Notes: generated by a model not told the origin, from the sequence alone. Positions 9,110 through 20,325 are shown, counted from the first letter of the stretch. The stretch is DNA of 64,000 nucleotides from Ignavibacteriales bacterium (GCA_050260105.1 JBLNBR010000033.1:106099-170098); one strand, 5' to 3'. A program made the numbers and translations.

Positions 9110-10035
9110 ATTGTCGCGTGGACCGGGGCGGCGATGTCCTCGGGTACGTGAGGTCCCGCGCTTCCCTTGTGGAGCGGCGCCTTGGAGAGCTGATCCCCGC
9201 GGGGGCGGGGATGGAGGCGGCCCCGGCTGTCCTCGCGGACGCCATGAGGTACAGCGCGTTCAGCGGGGGGAAGCGCCTGAGGCCGGTGATGTGCGTGGCT
9301 GCGGGCGAGACCGTGGGGGCAGGCGCCGGGGAGATGGCGGCGGTACTGGATGTCGCCTGCGCGATCGAGATGATCCACACCTACTCGTTGATACACGACG
9401 ACCTACCCTGCATGGATGACGACGATTACCGCCGGCGGAAGCCCACCAGCCACAGGGTGTTCGGCGAGGCGCTGGCAGTGCTGGCCGGTGACGCGCTCCT
9501 GACCCTCGCGTTCGAGGTCATGGCAGGCGCCGCGAACCGGGCCGGAGGCGCCGGCGGCGAGCTGCGCGACCGGCTGCTCAGGGTCATAGCCGAAGTGGCG
9601 GCGGCGGCGGGGCCGTTGGGGATGGTTGGAGGCCAGGCGCTGGACGTGGATCTCACGGGGAAACCCGCCGGCGTGGCGGCGATCGAACGGATGGACTTGC
9701 TGAAAACGGCATGCCTGTTCTCTGGGGCGGTGGCGGCGGGCGCCACCGTGGCGGGGGCCACGGATCGAGATCTCATGGCCCTCAGGGCATTCGCCCGGGA
9801 CTTCGGGTTGGGTTTCCAGATAGCCGACGACATCGCCGACGCGGCTGGTGAGGAGGGCGCGGGTAAGGCGTCGTACGTTCGCGCCGCAGGGATCGAGGAG
9901 GCCCGGCGTCTGGCTGAGGGAGCGTTGGACCGCGCCGTCGTCCACCTCGACGGGTTTGGAGAAAGGGCGTGGGTCTTCCGGGGGATCGCCGGCTTGGTTG
10001 CCGCGAAGGTCAGGGAAGGAGCGACGGAGGGATAG
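9106..10035 (+). CDS. ispA: Polyprenyl (farnesyl/geranylgeranyl) diphosphate synthase
   Basis: GGKRLRP, IHDDLPCMDDDDYRR, GGQALD, FQIADD. Confidence 0.92.
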   Translation: MNCRVDRGGDVLGYVRSRASLVERRLGELIPAGAGMEAAPAVLADAMRYSAFSGGKRLRPVMCVAAGETVGAGAGEMAAVLDVACAIEMIHTYSLIHDDLPCMDDDDYRRRKPTSHRVFGEALAVLAGDALLTLAFEVMAGAANRAGGAGGELRDRLLRVIAEVAAAAGPLGMVGGQALDVDLTGKPAGVAAIERMDLLKTACLFSGAVAAGATVAGATDRDLMALRAFARDFGLGFQIADDIADAAGEEGAGKASYVRAAGIEEARRLAEGALDRAVVHLDGFGERAWVFRGIAGLVAAKVREGATEG

Positions 10036-10466
10036 TGGGCCTGCTACAGAACAGGGCATTCCTGGCGTCCACGCTGTCGTGGATAACCGCCCAGGCGCTG
10101 AAGGTTCTCCTGTCGTACATGCAGCACAAGAGGCTCGATTTCCGGCGATTCGTGAGCCCCGGCGGCATGCCGAGTTCACATGCCGCCTCGGTTTCGTGTC
10201 TTACCGTCATTGTCGGCAAGGAGTACGGCCTGGCCAGCACCGAGCTGGCGATTGTGATCGTGTTCGCCCTCATAGTCATGTACGACGCCGCGGGAGTGAG
10301 AAGGGCCGCGGGCCGGCAGGCCGCCGTCCTGAACAGGATAGTGCGCGAGGTCCACGCGCTGAAGGGCTTGAGGAACGAGAGGCTGAGGGAACTCCTCGGC
10401 CATACCCCGGTAGAGGTGATTGCGGGAGCGGCGCTGGGCATAGGTATCGCCCTCATTGCGGGATAG
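10035..10466 (+). CDS. Divergent PAP2 family protein (DUF212)
   Basis: GGMPSSH, VMYDAAGVR, LGHTPVEV. Confidence 0.9.
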   Translation: MGLLQNRAFLASTLSWITAQALKVLLSYMQHKRLDFRRFVSPGGMPSSHAASVSCLTVIVGKEYGLASTELAIVIVFALIVMYDAAGVRRAAGRQAAVLNRIVREVHALKGLRNERLRELLGHTPVEVIAGAALGIGIALIAG

Positions 10467-10518
10467 CCGCGCCGGGGCGTAACGGGCGGGAGAGGCCCGT
10501 AGGTGCCCGTGACGCCCT

Positions 10519-10547
10519 TTGACCCTGCGGGGACGCCGTGTTATCAT
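10519..10547 (+). promoter_or_regulatory. Putative sigmaA promoter of the OLE RNA
   Basis: TTGACC-N17-TATCAT with extended -10 TG, 12 nt before the OLE closing helix. Confidence 0.65.
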
Positions 10548-10559
10548 GTTCGGAGTCTG

Positions 10560-11118
10560 CGGCGGGTGGCGCAGTATCCTAGTCGGAACCGTCGTCCCTG
10601 AGGGCGGGCCTAAAAATCCGTCAAGGGCACATCGATGAAGCCCCTGGTGCCGGCATCTGACGCCCAGTTGGGGGTCGGTGCTGGGGGAAGTGGGGATAAG
10701 GGCGATCTACAACGGCATGTAGGCGTGGACCCTTTACCCTGGAGGCCCAGGCGCGTGGCCGTCGCCACGGCCTGGAGTTGTACCTGCATGCGGTTTCGCT
10801 GTGTGCAGCGTAGCCTGCCCTGAGTGCGCTGGGCGGATGGCGCGGCCGGCTCAACGGCCGGAACGCCGCGCCTGAAATCCTGCGTGCAAAAGGGGCTAAG
10901 GGACGGTCCGGTTCTGTTGAGGAAAACTCCTAGGCTGTTCGTCGCGAGGCCTTCCGGGGATTGCAGTGTGAGCTAAGTGGTAGTCCAGCACGGCGCATGG
11001 TGACGGCGCCGGCTGACCCTAATGGGAAACCGCCGGCGCGGCGACGCGCGGTGGGTCTGTCGGGAAAGCCTGCTGGACCTGAAGCCACAAAATTTACCCG
11101 GGGGGTTGCCACTCGCCG
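10560..11118 (+). ncRNA. ole: OLE (Ornate Large Extremophilic) RNA
   Basis: OLE-like conserved blocks (GCAGTATCCTAGTC; GGCGGGCCTAAAAATCCGTCAAGGGCACATCGATGAAG; GCAGCGTAGCCTGCC; GAGGAAAACTCCTAG; CCTGCTGGACCT); ends pair (CGGCGGGTGGC/GCCACTCGCCG); lies between ispA and oapA-tlyA, the canonical OLE locus. Confidence 0.9.
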
Positions 11119-11211
11119 GTTTTTGTTTTCTCGTTCGGGCCAGCTTATTGTCAGGAGGAACGCAACACATTGGCGAACGGGCGCTCTTATCGAGCAGGGG
11201 GTCTTGTACGG

Positions 11212-11793
11212 ATGGATTCCATCAAAGAAGGCGTCTCCACGGGGGTGGTGGCGTTCTTGCTGGCGATTCTCGTATCGCTCCCCACGGGCGGCGGCCTTTC
11301 CAGTTTCCCGCCCGTGGTAGCGATCCCCGCGACTCTCGTGGTGGTCGGAGTGGGGGTGCTATTCGACACCATCGGACTGGCTGCGGCCTCGGCGGAGGAG
11401 GCCGGATTTCACGCCATGGCCGCAAAGAAGATACCCGGCGCCAGGCAGTCGATCCTCGTGGTGAAGAACGCGGGCAGGGTCATCACAATCTGCAACGACA
11501 TCGTGGGCGACCTCGCGGGGACGCTGAGCGGCGCGATGGCCGCGGGGACGGTGTTCAGGCTGTCGGCGGGCGGGCCGGTCAACCAATCGCTGGCGGGCGC
11601 CATCGCGATAGCCCTGGTCGCGGGGATCACGGTCGGCGCGAAGGCGGCGGCGAAGAGATTCGCAATGGAGAACGCCGTAGAGATAACCCGTTTCACGGGA
11701 TACGTTCTATACCTGTGGGAACAGTGGACGGGTTTGAGGGTATTCCGCGACGGCAAAGGAGGAGGAGGGGTTCCCCCGCGGAGGAGACGGTAG
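11212..11793 (+). CDS. oapA: OLE-associated membrane protein OapA (DUF21/CNNM-like)
   Basis: Four hydrophobic segments, FDTIG, FHAMAAKKIPGA, CNDIVGDLAGTLSG (conserved DxxxD/GxxxG); directly after OLE. Confidence 0.85.
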   Translation: MDSIKEGVSTGVVAFLLAILVSLPTGGGLSSFPPVVAIPATLVVVGVGVLFDTIGLAAASAEEAGFHAMAAKKIPGARQSILVVKNAGRVITICNDIVGDLAGTLSGAMAAGTVFRLSAGGPVNQSLAGAIAIALVAGITVGAKAAAKRFAMENAVEITRFTGYVLYLWEQWTGLRVFRDGKGGGGVPPRRRR

Positions 11794-11796
11794 ACG

Positions 11797-12636
11797 ATGC
11801 AGGGTGAACGCCTGGATGTTCTTCTTGTGAACAGGGGCCTCGCTCCGAGCCGGGAGCGCGCGAGGGCGTACATACTGGAGGGTCGCGTCCTCGTCGGCGG
11901 CGTAACGGTGACGAAGGCCGGCTCGAGGGTTTCCCCGGACAGCGAAGTGACCGTCCGCGGAGACCCGGTACCGTTTGCAAGCAGGGGCGGGCTCAAACTC
12001 GAGAAGGCCCTGGACGAATTCGGGGTCCGGGTGGCCGGCAAGACGGCCCTCGACTGCGGGGCGTCCACGGGAGGATTCACTGATTGCCTGCTCGGCAGGG
12101 GGGCCGCGAGGGTTTACGCGGTGGATGTGGGATACGGGCAGCTCGCATGGGAGCTGCGCAACGATCCGAGGGTTGTCGTCCTGGAACGGACCAACCTGCG
12201 TTACCTGACTCCGGAGAGGCTCGGCGAGCGTGTGGACGTGGCTACGCTCGACGTCTCCTTCATCTCTCTGCACAAGGTATGGCCCGCCGTGAGACTGCTG
12301 GTGGCGCCCGGCGGGGAAGTGCTCTCGCTCGTGAAACCGCAGTTTGAGGCGGGGCGCGGCCGCGTGGGGAAGAAAGGCGTTGTGAAGGATCCGGCGGTGC
12401 ACCTCGACGTGCTCGCGTCGCTGTGCGAGGACGCAATCAACCTTGGCTTCGGAGTCGCGGGGACGTGTTTCTCGCCCGTGAAAGGGGCTCAGGGGAACAT
12501 AGAGTTCTGGATACATATGTACGCCGATCCGGCGCGTCCGGGGGTCATGGACGGGCTTGAGGCCCGGAAGTCCGCGGCCTCGACGGTGGAGGCGGCGCAA
12601 GCGGAACTGGGACAGCACGAGATGGGAGAACACTAG
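11797..12636 (+). CDS. tlyA: TlyA family rRNA 2'-O-methyltransferase
   Basis: S4 domain ERLDVLL, SRGGLKL, GASTGGFTD, DVSFIS, KPQFE. Confidence 0.95.
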   Translation: MQGERLDVLLVNRGLAPSRERARAYILEGRVLVGGVTVTKAGSRVSPDSEVTVRGDPVPFASRGGLKLEKALDEFGVRVAGKTALDCGASTGGFTDCLLGRGAARVYAVDVGYGQLAWELRNDPRVVVLERTNLRYLTPERLGERVDVATLDVSFISLHKVWPAVRLLVAPGGEVLSLVKPQFEAGRGRVGKKGVVKDPAVHLDVLASLCEDAINLGFGVAGTCFSPVKGAQGNIEFWIHMYADPARPGVMDGLEARKSAASTVEAAQAELGQHEMGEH

Positions 12637-12705
12637 AAAGGAGAAGGCAGCGAGCCGGAGAAACCTGTCAGTGGGACGGGAATCCCCCCGGAAAGGCGAA
12701 CTGCG

Positions 12706-13632
12706 ATGAAGCGTATCGGGATCTGGCCGAATCTGGAGAAAGAGATGGCCCTGCCCGTCACGATGGACCTTGTGAAATGGCTGAAGGACCACAAGGTCGA
12801 GCCGGTGCTGCCGCCAAGGGTCGCGAGAATCGCCGGTGAGACCGGCGTGGAGGTCCCCGGCGGGGGCTGGGCCGGCGGATCGGAATTCGTCATCGCCCTC
12901 GGCGGTGACGGCACCATACTCGAGGTGGCGAAACAGATTGCCCCCGCGGAAACACCCATTCTCGGAGTAAACCTCGGACACCTGGGATTCCTCACCGAGA
13001 TCGAACTGCCGGACCTCTACGAGGCCTTGCCGAGGTTCCTGCAGGGTGAGTACTTCGTGGAGCACAGGATGATGCTCCAGGCCAGCGTGGTCAACTCCGG
13101 CACGGCCAAGGCGAGATTCCTGGTGTTGAATGAGGCGGCGATCGCCAAAGGGCCTTTTGCCAGGATGATTGCATTGGATCTGTTCATCAATGAAACATAC
13201 GTGGACACGTATCCGGCAGATGGATTGATAGTCTCCACTCCCACGGGTTCCACGGCGTATTCCCTGTCCGCCGGGGGACCCATAGTAAGCCCCGCCATCG
13301 ACGTGATCATAGTCACCCCGATATGCCCGCACACCCTTTACAGCAGGTCGCTGGTGGTGTCCCGTTCCGAGCGCGTGAGAGTGGCCCTCAGACGCCCCCA
13401 TGAGGATACGATGATGACCATCGATGGTCAGAAGGGATACGGGATCGAATCAGGAGACGAGATCGTGTTCACTCCGGCCAGGGAGACGACCCGGCTGGTG
13501 AGGGTCGCGGGGTGGAGTTTCTACGAGGTGTTGAGGAAGAAGATGAAGGAGGGTTCAGCCCCTGTAAGGCGGTTTGAGGCGCCTCGGGCCCCAGGAGGAA
13601 ATGGCCTTGCCGGGAAGAACTCGTCCACATGA
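12706..13632 (+). CDS. nadK: NAD(+) kinase
   Basis: GGDGT, LNE, ADGLIVSTPTGSTAYSLSAGGP. Confidence 0.96.
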   Translation: MKRIGIWPNLEKEMALPVTMDLVKWLKDHKVEPVLPPRVARIAGETGVEVPGGGWAGGSEFVIALGGDGTILEVAKQIAPAETPILGVNLGHLGFLTEIELPDLYEALPRFLQGEYFVEHRMMLQASVVNSGTAKARFLVLNEAAIAKGPFARMIALDLFINETYVDTYPADGLIVSTPTGSTAYSLSAGGPIVSPAIDVIIVTPICPHTLYSRSLVVSRSERVRVALRRPHEDTMMTIDGQKGYGIESGDEIVFTPARETTRLVRVAGWSFYEVLRKKMKEGSAPVRRFEAPRAPGGNGLAGKNSST

Positions 13633-13665
13633 GGCCGAATGTCCGTGACCGGGGAGGTATAGGAT

Positions 13666-14115
13666 TTGAAGGCGCGCCGGCAGATGAGGATACTTGAGCT
13701 GGTTCGCACCAGGGTGATTGAAACCCAGGAGCAGCTCGCGGAGCTGTTGGGCAGTGAAGGCATCGAGGTCACCCAGGCCACGGTCTCGCGGGACATAAAG
13801 GAACTGAACCTCGTGAAGACGCCCGTGGGGGGCGGCAGGTACCGGTACACGACCCAGGATTCGCAGCCGGCGCGCGTCTCGGACAAACTGAAGAGACTCC
13901 TCGCCGATTGCTGCGTGAGCATCGAGAACGCCCAGAACATCGTCGTGGTGCAGACCCTGTCGGGCACCGCATCCGGCGTGGGAGAGGCGATCGACAATCT
14001 TCACCTGGAGGAACTGGTGGGGTCGGTTGCGGGAGACAATACCGTCATCCTGGTAGCGAGGTCGAACGAGGCGGCGGAGTCCGCCACCGAACGGCTGCGG
14101 AACCTCAGCCGCTAG
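13666..14115 (+). CDS. argR: Arginine repressor
   Basis: TQATVSRDIKEL, GSVAGDNT. Confidence 0.94.
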   Translation: MKARRQMRILELVRTRVIETQEQLAELLGSEGIEVTQATVSRDIKELNLVKTPVGGGRYRYTTQDSQPARVSDKLKRLLADCCVSIENAQNIVVVQTLSGTASGVGEAIDNLHLEELVGSVAGDNTVILVARSNEAAESATERLRNLSR

Positions 14116-14125
14116 GGGGCGGGGT

Positions 14126-15823
14126 ATGATTCTCGAACTCCGGATACGCGATTTTGCCCTCGTAGACTCCATCCGGATGAGACTCGAACCCGGACTCAAC
14201 GTGCTGACCGGCGAGACCGGGGCCGGGAAATCCATCATAATCGATGCTGTCGAGGTCCTCCTCGGCGGCAGGGCGTCGTCCGACTATGTGAGGACGGGCA
14301 GTGAGGGGGCTTGCGTTGAGGCCCTCTTCGACATTTCCGGCAACATCCCCGCGATGACCTGCCTTGCGCGCCTAGGTATCCGGGCTACGGGCAGAATCCT
14401 CGTTTCGCGCGAGATATCGTCCACCGGCAGGTCTGTCGCCAGGATAGACGGCAAACCCGCGACGGCGGGGGCCCTGAAGGAACTCGGTGTTCACCTCGTG
14501 GACATCCACGGCCAGCACGAGCATCAATCGCTGCTCAGGACCGAAACGCACCTCGACGTGCTGGACGCGTTCGGCGGTCCCGTAGTGGCGAAGATGAAGG
14601 CCACTGCCGGTTCACTCTACTCCGAACTGCAGTCGGTCGAAAGCGACATCACAAACCTCCTGAAGGGCGAGAAGGACCGCGCGAGGCGGCTGGACATCCT
14701 GAGATACCAGAAGAAAGAGATCGAGGGCGTCGCCCCGCGGCCAGGCGAGGACCGCGCCCTGGCGGAAGAGGCGCTCGTACTCAGGAACGCCGAGAGGCTG
14801 AAGCAGGCCGCCCTTGCGGCGTACGCGCTGCTCTATGACGGCCGGGACACATCCGCGGTGGACCTGATCGGCGCCGCCGCGTCGGAGGTTTCAGCCGGCC
14901 TTTCCATGGACCCGGGCCTTTCTCCCGCTGTTGAGGCGATAGTCGGCGCCGCCGAATCCCTGAAAGAGGCGGCTCGTGACCTTCGGGCGTACGCCGAGCG
15001 ACTGGAATCCGATCAGAAGAGGCTGGCCGAGGTCGAGGCGAGGATTGATAGGATCCAGCAACTGAAGTCCAAGTACGGTGACAGCATAGAAGAGGTGCTC
15101 GAATTCGGCCGCGAGTGCGCCGCGGAGATCGAGAGGCTCGAGAACAGCGAATCGCTGGCCGCCTCTCTCGAGAGGCGGCGGGAGGAACTCAGGGCCTCGC
15201 TGGGCGAGGCGTGCGCCGCACTGTCCGCTGCCAGGAGGGAGATGGCGCCTCGCTTTGAGGCGCTCGTCAGTTCGGAACTCGAGGCGCTTGGAGTGGGTAG
15301 CCGCGCGTTCAGCGTGGACCTGTCCACCGAAGAGGACTCGGCGGGGGTTCCCGTGGACGGGCGTCACCTGTCGGCCGGGCCGAAAGGCGTCGATCGCGCG
15401 GAGTTTCTCATCGCTCCGAACACGGGTGAACCCCCGAAGCCGTTGACCAGGATCGCATCCGGCGGAGAGATGTCCAGGGTAATGCTGGCCATCAAGTCGG
15501 TGATGGGTGACGCCGAGCAGGCGCCGTGCGTCATTTTCGATGAAATCGACTCGGGGATCGGGGGGGCGACGGCGAGGGCGGTCGGGAAGAGGCTGGCCTC
15601 CATGGGGGAGAAGAGACAGGTGCTTTGCGTGACCCACCTCGCGCATATCGCTGCCAGAGCAGGCACGCATTTCCTCGTGTGGAAAGAGACCGACGGTAAG
15701 ACCACGCACACCCGTGTCGAACAGGTAACCGGCGCGGGCCGCGAGACGGAGATAGCAAGGATGCTCGGCGGCTCGTCCGAGATCGCGCTGAAACACGCCA
15801 GAGAACTGCTGGCGAATCGCTGA
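14126..15823 (+). CDS. recN: DNA repair protein RecN
   Basis: GETGAGKS, IHGQHEHQ, ASGGEMSR, FDEIDSGIGG. Confidence 0.96.
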   Translation: MILELRIRDFALVDSIRMRLEPGLNVLTGETGAGKSIIIDAVEVLLGGRASSDYVRTGSEGACVEALFDISGNIPAMTCLARLGIRATGRILVSREISSTGRSVARIDGKPATAGALKELGVHLVDIHGQHEHQSLLRTETHLDVLDAFGGPVVAKMKATAGSLYSELQSVESDITNLLKGEKDRARRLDILRYQKKEIEGVAPRPGEDRALAEEALVLRNAERLKQAALAAYALLYDGRDTSAVDLIGAAASEVSAGLSMDPGLSPAVEAIVGAAESLKEAARDLRAYAERLESDQKRLAEVEARIDRIQQLKSKYGDSIEEVLEFGRECAAEIERLENSESLAASLERRREELRASLGEACAALSAARREMAPRFEALVSSELEALGVGSRAFSVDLSTEEDSAGVPVDGRHLSAGPKGVDRAEFLIAPNTGEPPKPLTRIASGGEMSRVMLAIKSVMGDAEQAPCVIFDEIDSGIGGATARAVGKRLASMGEKRQVLCVTHLAHIAARAGTHFLVWKETDGKTTHTRVEQVTGAGRETEIARMLGGSSEIALKHARELLANR

Positions 15824-16004
15824 TCGAGTCATAGAGTCCTCATTTCGTTGATTTTGCGCATTTATGCCCGGAAACACCGGGCATGATTGTTTATTGGCCG
15901 GTTTCTCGGCCACACGTTGGGAACATAATTCGCGCTTCCGCCGGGCATTTTAAGACATGAAACAAAAGATCGCTGGAGGTGAAAACGGCGGGAGCGTGAT
16001 GTAG

Positions 16005-17369
16005 TTGCCGTACTGGACCAGGCGCAAGGCACTCGGCCTGATCCTGCTGGTTCTCATTGTCGCCTGCTCCAGTGCACCATTCAAAGAACTCGCCAGCCTC
16101 CCGGGCAGCCTCAGACTGTGTGAGGGCAGGGAGCACGAGATCCGCGCCGGGATACCATTCGTCCGGGTTCGCTCGGGCAATGACCGCGTTTTGGTCGTGC
16201 GGGACACCGAAAGGCAGACCGGATCCAACGTATCGCTGGTGCCCATGTCCATGGGGCACGCGAACCTCGAGTTCAGCCTGTTCGGAGTCATACCCCTGCG
16301 GCGGATGGCGATTGATGTGGTGCCGCCCATCAAGGTGTTCCCGGGCGGGCACTCAATAGGAGTGCTGATCCATGCGCAGGGCGTACTCGTAACCGGCCTG
16401 GCGCCGGTCACCGGCCTCACAGGCACAACCACCTATCCCGCGCGCGACGCGGGCGTCGAAGTGGGAGACATGGTGCTGGAGGTCTGCGGAGTCAAGGTTA
16501 ACGGAGACGCTCACATCGCGATCCTCGTGGACCAGTGCGGGGCGAATGGCGCCGACGTGCCCATGTTGATCAGGAAGAAGGACGGCCGCGAAGTGCGCGT
16601 CAGCGTACATCCAGTGTTGTGCAGGGACTCGCAGCGGTACCGGATAGGCATGTGGGTTCGTGACAGCGCCGCCGGCGTCGGCACTCTGACATTCTACAAC
16701 GACCGAGGCGTCTTCGGTGCTCTGGGGCATGTCATAACGGACGACGAGACGGACAGGCCGATAGACGTGCGTGACGGCAGGATCGTCAAGGCCACCGTGA
16801 CAGGGATCGAAGAGGGAAAGAAGGGACAGCCGGGCGAGAAGATCGGCGTATTCCTGGAAGAGAAGGACGTCATGGGGGAAATCCGGAGCAACTCTCGTTT
16901 CGGCATCACGGGATCTTTGTATACCATTCCGGTGAACCCATTCTTCGACAACCCGGTGCCCATCGGATTGGCGAGCGAGGTCCACGAGGGGCCCGCTGAA
17001 ATCATCACCGTGGTTCAGGGACAGAGACTCGAACGCTTCGCAATCGAGATTCAGAAGATCATCAGGCAGGCAAGGCCGGATAGTAAGGGAATGGTGATCA
17101 GGGTAGTCGATCCCAGCCTGCTGGGAAGGACCGGCGGGATCGTCCAGGGAATGAGCGGTAGCCCTATTATGCAGGAGGGCAAGCTCGTAGGGGCCATTAC
17201 GCACGTATTCGTGAACGACCCTACCCGCGGTTACGGTGTGTTCATCGAATGGATGATAGCCGACGCGGGACTGCAGCTCGATGAGGGAGAGGTGGGCCGG
17301 ACGGACTCCGGCCCAGTTCATTTGCAGGGACAGGGAGGGAGGAAAAAACTCCCTTCATTAGAAGGATAA
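16005..17369 (+). CDS. spoIVB: SpoIVB serine peptidase
   Basis: [48 protein letters not shown]. Confidence 0.95.
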   Translation: MPYWTRRKALGLILLVLIVACSSAPFKELASLPGSLRLCEGREHEIRAGIPFVRVRSGNDRVLVVRDTERQTGSNVSLVPMSMGHANLEFSLFGVIPLRRMAIDVVPPIKVFPGGHSIGVLIHAQGVLVTGLAPVTGLTGTTTYPARDAGVEVGDMVLEVCGVKVNGDAHIAILVDQCGANGADVPMLIRKKDGREVRVSVHPVLCRDSQRYRIGMWVRDSAAGVGTLTFYNDRGVFGALGHVITDDETDRPIDVRDGRIVKATVTGIEEGKKGQPGEKIGVFLEEKDVMGEIRSNSRFGITGSLYTIPVNPFFDNPVPIGLASEVHEGPAEIITVVQGQRLERFAIEIQKIIRQARPDSKGMVIRVVDPSLLGRTGGIVQGMSGSPIMQEGKLVGAITHVFVNDPTRGYGVFIEWMIADAGLQLDEGEVGRTDSGPVHLQGQGGRKKLPSLEG

Positions 17370-17388
17370 GCAAATGTGCACGTAGAAC
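17363..17388 (+). promoter_or_regulatory. Putative sigmaH promoter of spo0A
   Basis: AGGA-N18-GAAC upstream of spo0A. Confidence 0.55.
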
Positions 17389-17422
17389 TAGACCCCATCG
17401 TCATCCCGAGGAGGGTAGTCCC

Positions 17423-18184
17423 GTGGGACAAGTGAGAGTCGCTATCGCAGACGATAACAAGGATTTCTGTGAGCTCCTGAAAAACCACATCCAGGACCAG
17501 CCGGATATGGAAGTGGTTGGCGTCGCCTATAATGGGAATGAGGCCCTGGACCTTATCAAGAAGGTCAGCCCCGATGTCCTCATTCTGGACATAATCATGC
17601 CCCATGTTGACGGGATCGCCGTGCTGGAGAAGTTGGCTTCCGGTGAGTATCCCTCGCGGCCCCGCGTAATAATCCTGACCGCCTTCGGCCAGGAAAGCAT
17701 AACGCACAGGGTGGTTGAGCTCGGGGCCGACTACTACGTGTTGAAACCGTTCAACCTCGACATCCTCGTGAGCCGGATAAGGCAGATGTGCTCCATGGCG
17801 CCCGCGCCCAGGGCGCCCCAGGTGAAGACCAAGAGCATGGAAGCCGAAGTCACGAACATCATACATGAGATCGGCATCCCGGCCCATATCAAGGGGTACC
17901 TGTACATAAGAGACGCGATAATCATGGTGACCAATAAGGTGGAACTGCTTTCGGCCATCACAAAGGAGCTCTATCCGAACATTGCGGCCAAGTACCGGAC
18001 GACGCCCAGCCGGGTGGAGCGCGCGATCCGGCATGCCATCGAGGTGGCATGGAATAGGGGAAATATCGAACTGATCAACAACATGTTCGGACACACCGTG
18101 AGTCAGGAGAGGGGAAAACCCACCAATTCGGAATTCATAGCGATGGTTTCGGATAAGCTACGGATGGAGTTGAAGGCTTCCTGA
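17423..18184 (+). CDS. spo0A: Sporulation master regulator Spo0A
   Basis: Receiver domain (LDIIMP) plus [37 protein letters not shown]. Confidence 0.98.
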   Translation: MGQVRVAIADDNKDFCELLKNHIQDQPDMEVVGVAYNGNEALDLIKKVSPDVLILDIIMPHVDGIAVLEKLASGEYPSRPRVIILTAFGQESITHRVVELGADYYVLKPFNLDILVSRIRQMCSMAPAPRAPQVKTKSMEAEVTNIIHEIGIPAHIKGYLYIRDAIIMVTNKVELLSAITKELYPNIAAKYRTTPSRVERAIRHAIEVAWNRGNIELINNMFGHTVSQERGKPTNSEFIAMVSDKLRMELKAS

Positions 18185-18238
18185 AGGCTGTTTGGGCGGC
18201 GCGTCTTGGCTGTCCTGAAGGAAGTCGGGGTCTGCGAC

Positions 18239-18269
18239 AAGAACCGCCTATGGAGGCGGTTCTTTTATT
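18239..18269 (+). terminator. Intrinsic terminator after spo0A
   Basis: AAGAACCGCCT-ATGG-AGGCGGTTCTT-TTATT. Confidence 0.8.
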
Positions 18270-18371
18270 GGGATTCAGCCCGGGTCTCGTCGGCCCGCGA
18301 AAGGACATCAGTCATCGGGTACAGAATCGATCAATTCAGTTATGGCCTCATACGATCATGCGAGGGGTGGT

Positions 18372-20150
18372 TTGGCCACGACTGAAGGAATGGCGAAGAC
18401 CCAGGAGGCAGTCATCGAGCGCCTGCTCTTCATCCTCGATTCCACGCACGACGGCATGATAGCGGTGGACGCGTCCGGCGTCGTCACCCTGATGAATCGT
18501 TCGGCGGAGGCGCTCACCGGCCTCAAGGGCCGGGACGTCATCGGCAGGCCCGCCGAAGAGGTCATCCCCAATACCAGGCTCCACCTGGTCGTCCGCACTG
18601 GTAAGGCGGAACTGAATCAGCAGCAGGACATGGGCAAGACGGTCATAGTGACGAACAGGGTGCCCGTCAGGGACAGAGCGGGCAACATCGCGGGGGCCGT
18701 GGCCGTGTTCAGGGATATCACGGAAGTGAAGAACCTCGCGTCCGAGATCACCAACCTCAAAGACATCCAGAGCATGCTCGAGGCGATAATCGACTGCACA
18801 CAGGATGCCATCTCCGTTGTGGACGCCCAGGGTACCCAGCTGCTGATAAACCCCGCCTACACGCGGCTGACGGGGCTGACCGAAGAGGACGTCCTGGGCA
18901 AGCCGCCCACGGTCGATATCGCCGAGGGGGAGAGCATGCACCTTCAGGTGCTCAGGACCGGACAACCCGTTAAAGGGGTCCCGATGAAGGTGGGCCCCAC
19001 GAGGCGAGAGGTCGTCGTGGATGTCGCCCCGATCCTGGTGGAGAACGAGCTCAAGGGCAGCGTGGCAGTAATCCACGACACGTCCGAGCTCCTGCGCCTG
19101 AACGAGGAACTCGAGCGCATGAAGCATCTGGTGAGGAGGCTCGAGGCCAAGTACACCTTCGATGACATAATCGGCGAGAGCGCGGTGATGCGGGCGACAA
19201 TCGAACAGGCGCGGCGAGCCGCGGAAACGCCCGCCACTGTGATACTGAGGGGCGAGAGCGGCACCGGCAAGGAGCTCTTCGCCCATGCGATGCACAATCT
19301 GAGCCCTAGGAGGGGCGGGCCGTTCGTTCGCGTCAACTGCGCCGCGATCGCGGATACGCTGTTGGAGAGCGAATTATTTGGTTATGTTGAGGGCGCGTTC
19401 ACAGGCGCCAGGAGGAGGGGACGCAGGGGTCTGTTCGAGGAGGCGAGCACTGGTACGATGTTCCTCGACGAAATCGGCGTCATGAACCTGAACCTCCAGA
19501 CGAAGATCCTCCGGGCCCTACAGGAGAAGGAGATAGTGAGGGTGGGCGACAGCACGCCCATCCACGTTGACGTCCGGATCATCGCGGCGACCAACGTCAA
19601 CCTGGAGCAGGCCGTTGAGGAGGGCACGTTCCGCGAGGATCTCTACTACCGCCTCAACGTTGTGCCGGTGTTCATCCCGCCCTTGCGGCAGAGAAAAGAG
19701 GACATACCCCACCTGGTCCACTACATCACGCGCAAGTTCAACCAGGAATTCGGCAGGTGCGTCAAATCGGCGTCCGACGGGGTGATCCGCGTCCTATCCG
19801 AGTACGAGTGGCCCGGAAACGTGCGCGAACTCGAAAACGTCCTGGGGCGCGCCATGATAAACATGAAGTACGGAGACGATACCATCACCGTCGATCATCT
19901 CCCGCCGCTCGGGCGCGCCAGGACGGGGCCCGACGGCGCCAGGGGGACCGCGTCCCGCCAGGCGTACGACGGCCTGAGCCTGGCCGCGGTGGTGGAGAAG
20001 GCGGAGAAGGACGCGATCGTCGCTGCTCTCAAGCGCGCCAGGGGCAACAAGACGGAAGCGGCGAGGAGGCTCGGGATCGCCACCAGGAGCCTGTACTACA
20101 AGATGCACCGCTTGCGGGTGAAAGACGAGTTTAAAGGCCAAAAAAGCTGA
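18372..20150 (+). CDS. bkdR: PAS-PAS sigma54-dependent activator (BkdR-like)
   Basis: Two PAS domains, [31 protein letters not shown], Fis HTH; sits between spo0A and leucine dehydrogenase. Confidence 0.8.
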   Translation: MATTEGMAKTQEAVIERLLFILDSTHDGMIAVDASGVVTLMNRSAEALTGLKGRDVIGRPAEEVIPNTRLHLVVRTGKAELNQQQDMGKTVIVTNRVPVRDRAGNIAGAVAVFRDITEVKNLASEITNLKDIQSMLEAIIDCTQDAISVVDAQGTQLLINPAYTRLTGLTEEDVLGKPPTVDIAEGESMHLQVLRTGQPVKGVPMKVGPTRREVVVDVAPILVENELKGSVAVIHDTSELLRLNEELERMKHLVRRLEAKYTFDDIIGESAVMRATIEQARRAAETPATVILRGESGTGKELFAHAMHNLSPRRGGPFVRVNCAAIADTLLESELFGYVEGAFTGARRRGRRGLFEEASTGTMFLDEIGVMNLNLQTKILRALQEKEIVRVGDSTPIHVDVRIIAATNVNLEQAVEEGTFREDLYYRLNVVPVFIPPLRQRKEDIPHLVHYITRKFNQEFGRCVKSASDGVIRVLSEYEWPGNVRELENVLGRAMINMKYGDDTITVDHLPPLGRARTGPDGARGTASRQAYDGLSLAAVVEKAEKDAIVAALKRARGNKTEAARRLGIATRSLYYKMHRLRVKDEFKGQKS

Positions 20151-20269
20151 CATGCGTTGCACGCAAAAAACTGCGCATATGAAAGAATCTGCGCGAATTC
20201 CGGCCCGCGCGGGACCCCCCGGCCGGCCCAAAGCATCAGGCCCGGCGCATATCCCCTGCCCCCGCCTGT

Positions 20270-20285
20270 TGGCATAGAAGTTGCT
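20270..20285 (+). promoter_or_regulatory. Sigma54 (-24/-12) promoter
   Basis: TGGCAT-N5-TTGCT 40 nt before the dehydrogenase gene; candidate activator palindrome CGCA-AAAAAC-TGCG at 20162-20175. Confidence 0.8.
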
Positions 20286-20325
20286 GACACAACCTGATGG
20301 AGTCCAAATTCGAGGGGGGCTGTAG

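Noticed and set aside
10560-11118. RNase P RNA, tmRNA or small ORFs in the ispA-tlyA gap
   Set aside because: Lacks RNase P GAGGAAAGUCC and tmRNA ends; motifs and oapA context fit OLE
11707-13401. Long antisense ORFs (e.g. 564 aa here, 578 aa at 24490-26226, 538 aa at 52351-53967)
   Set aside because: Shadows of well-supported + strand genes; expected in high-GC DNA; no recognisable motifs
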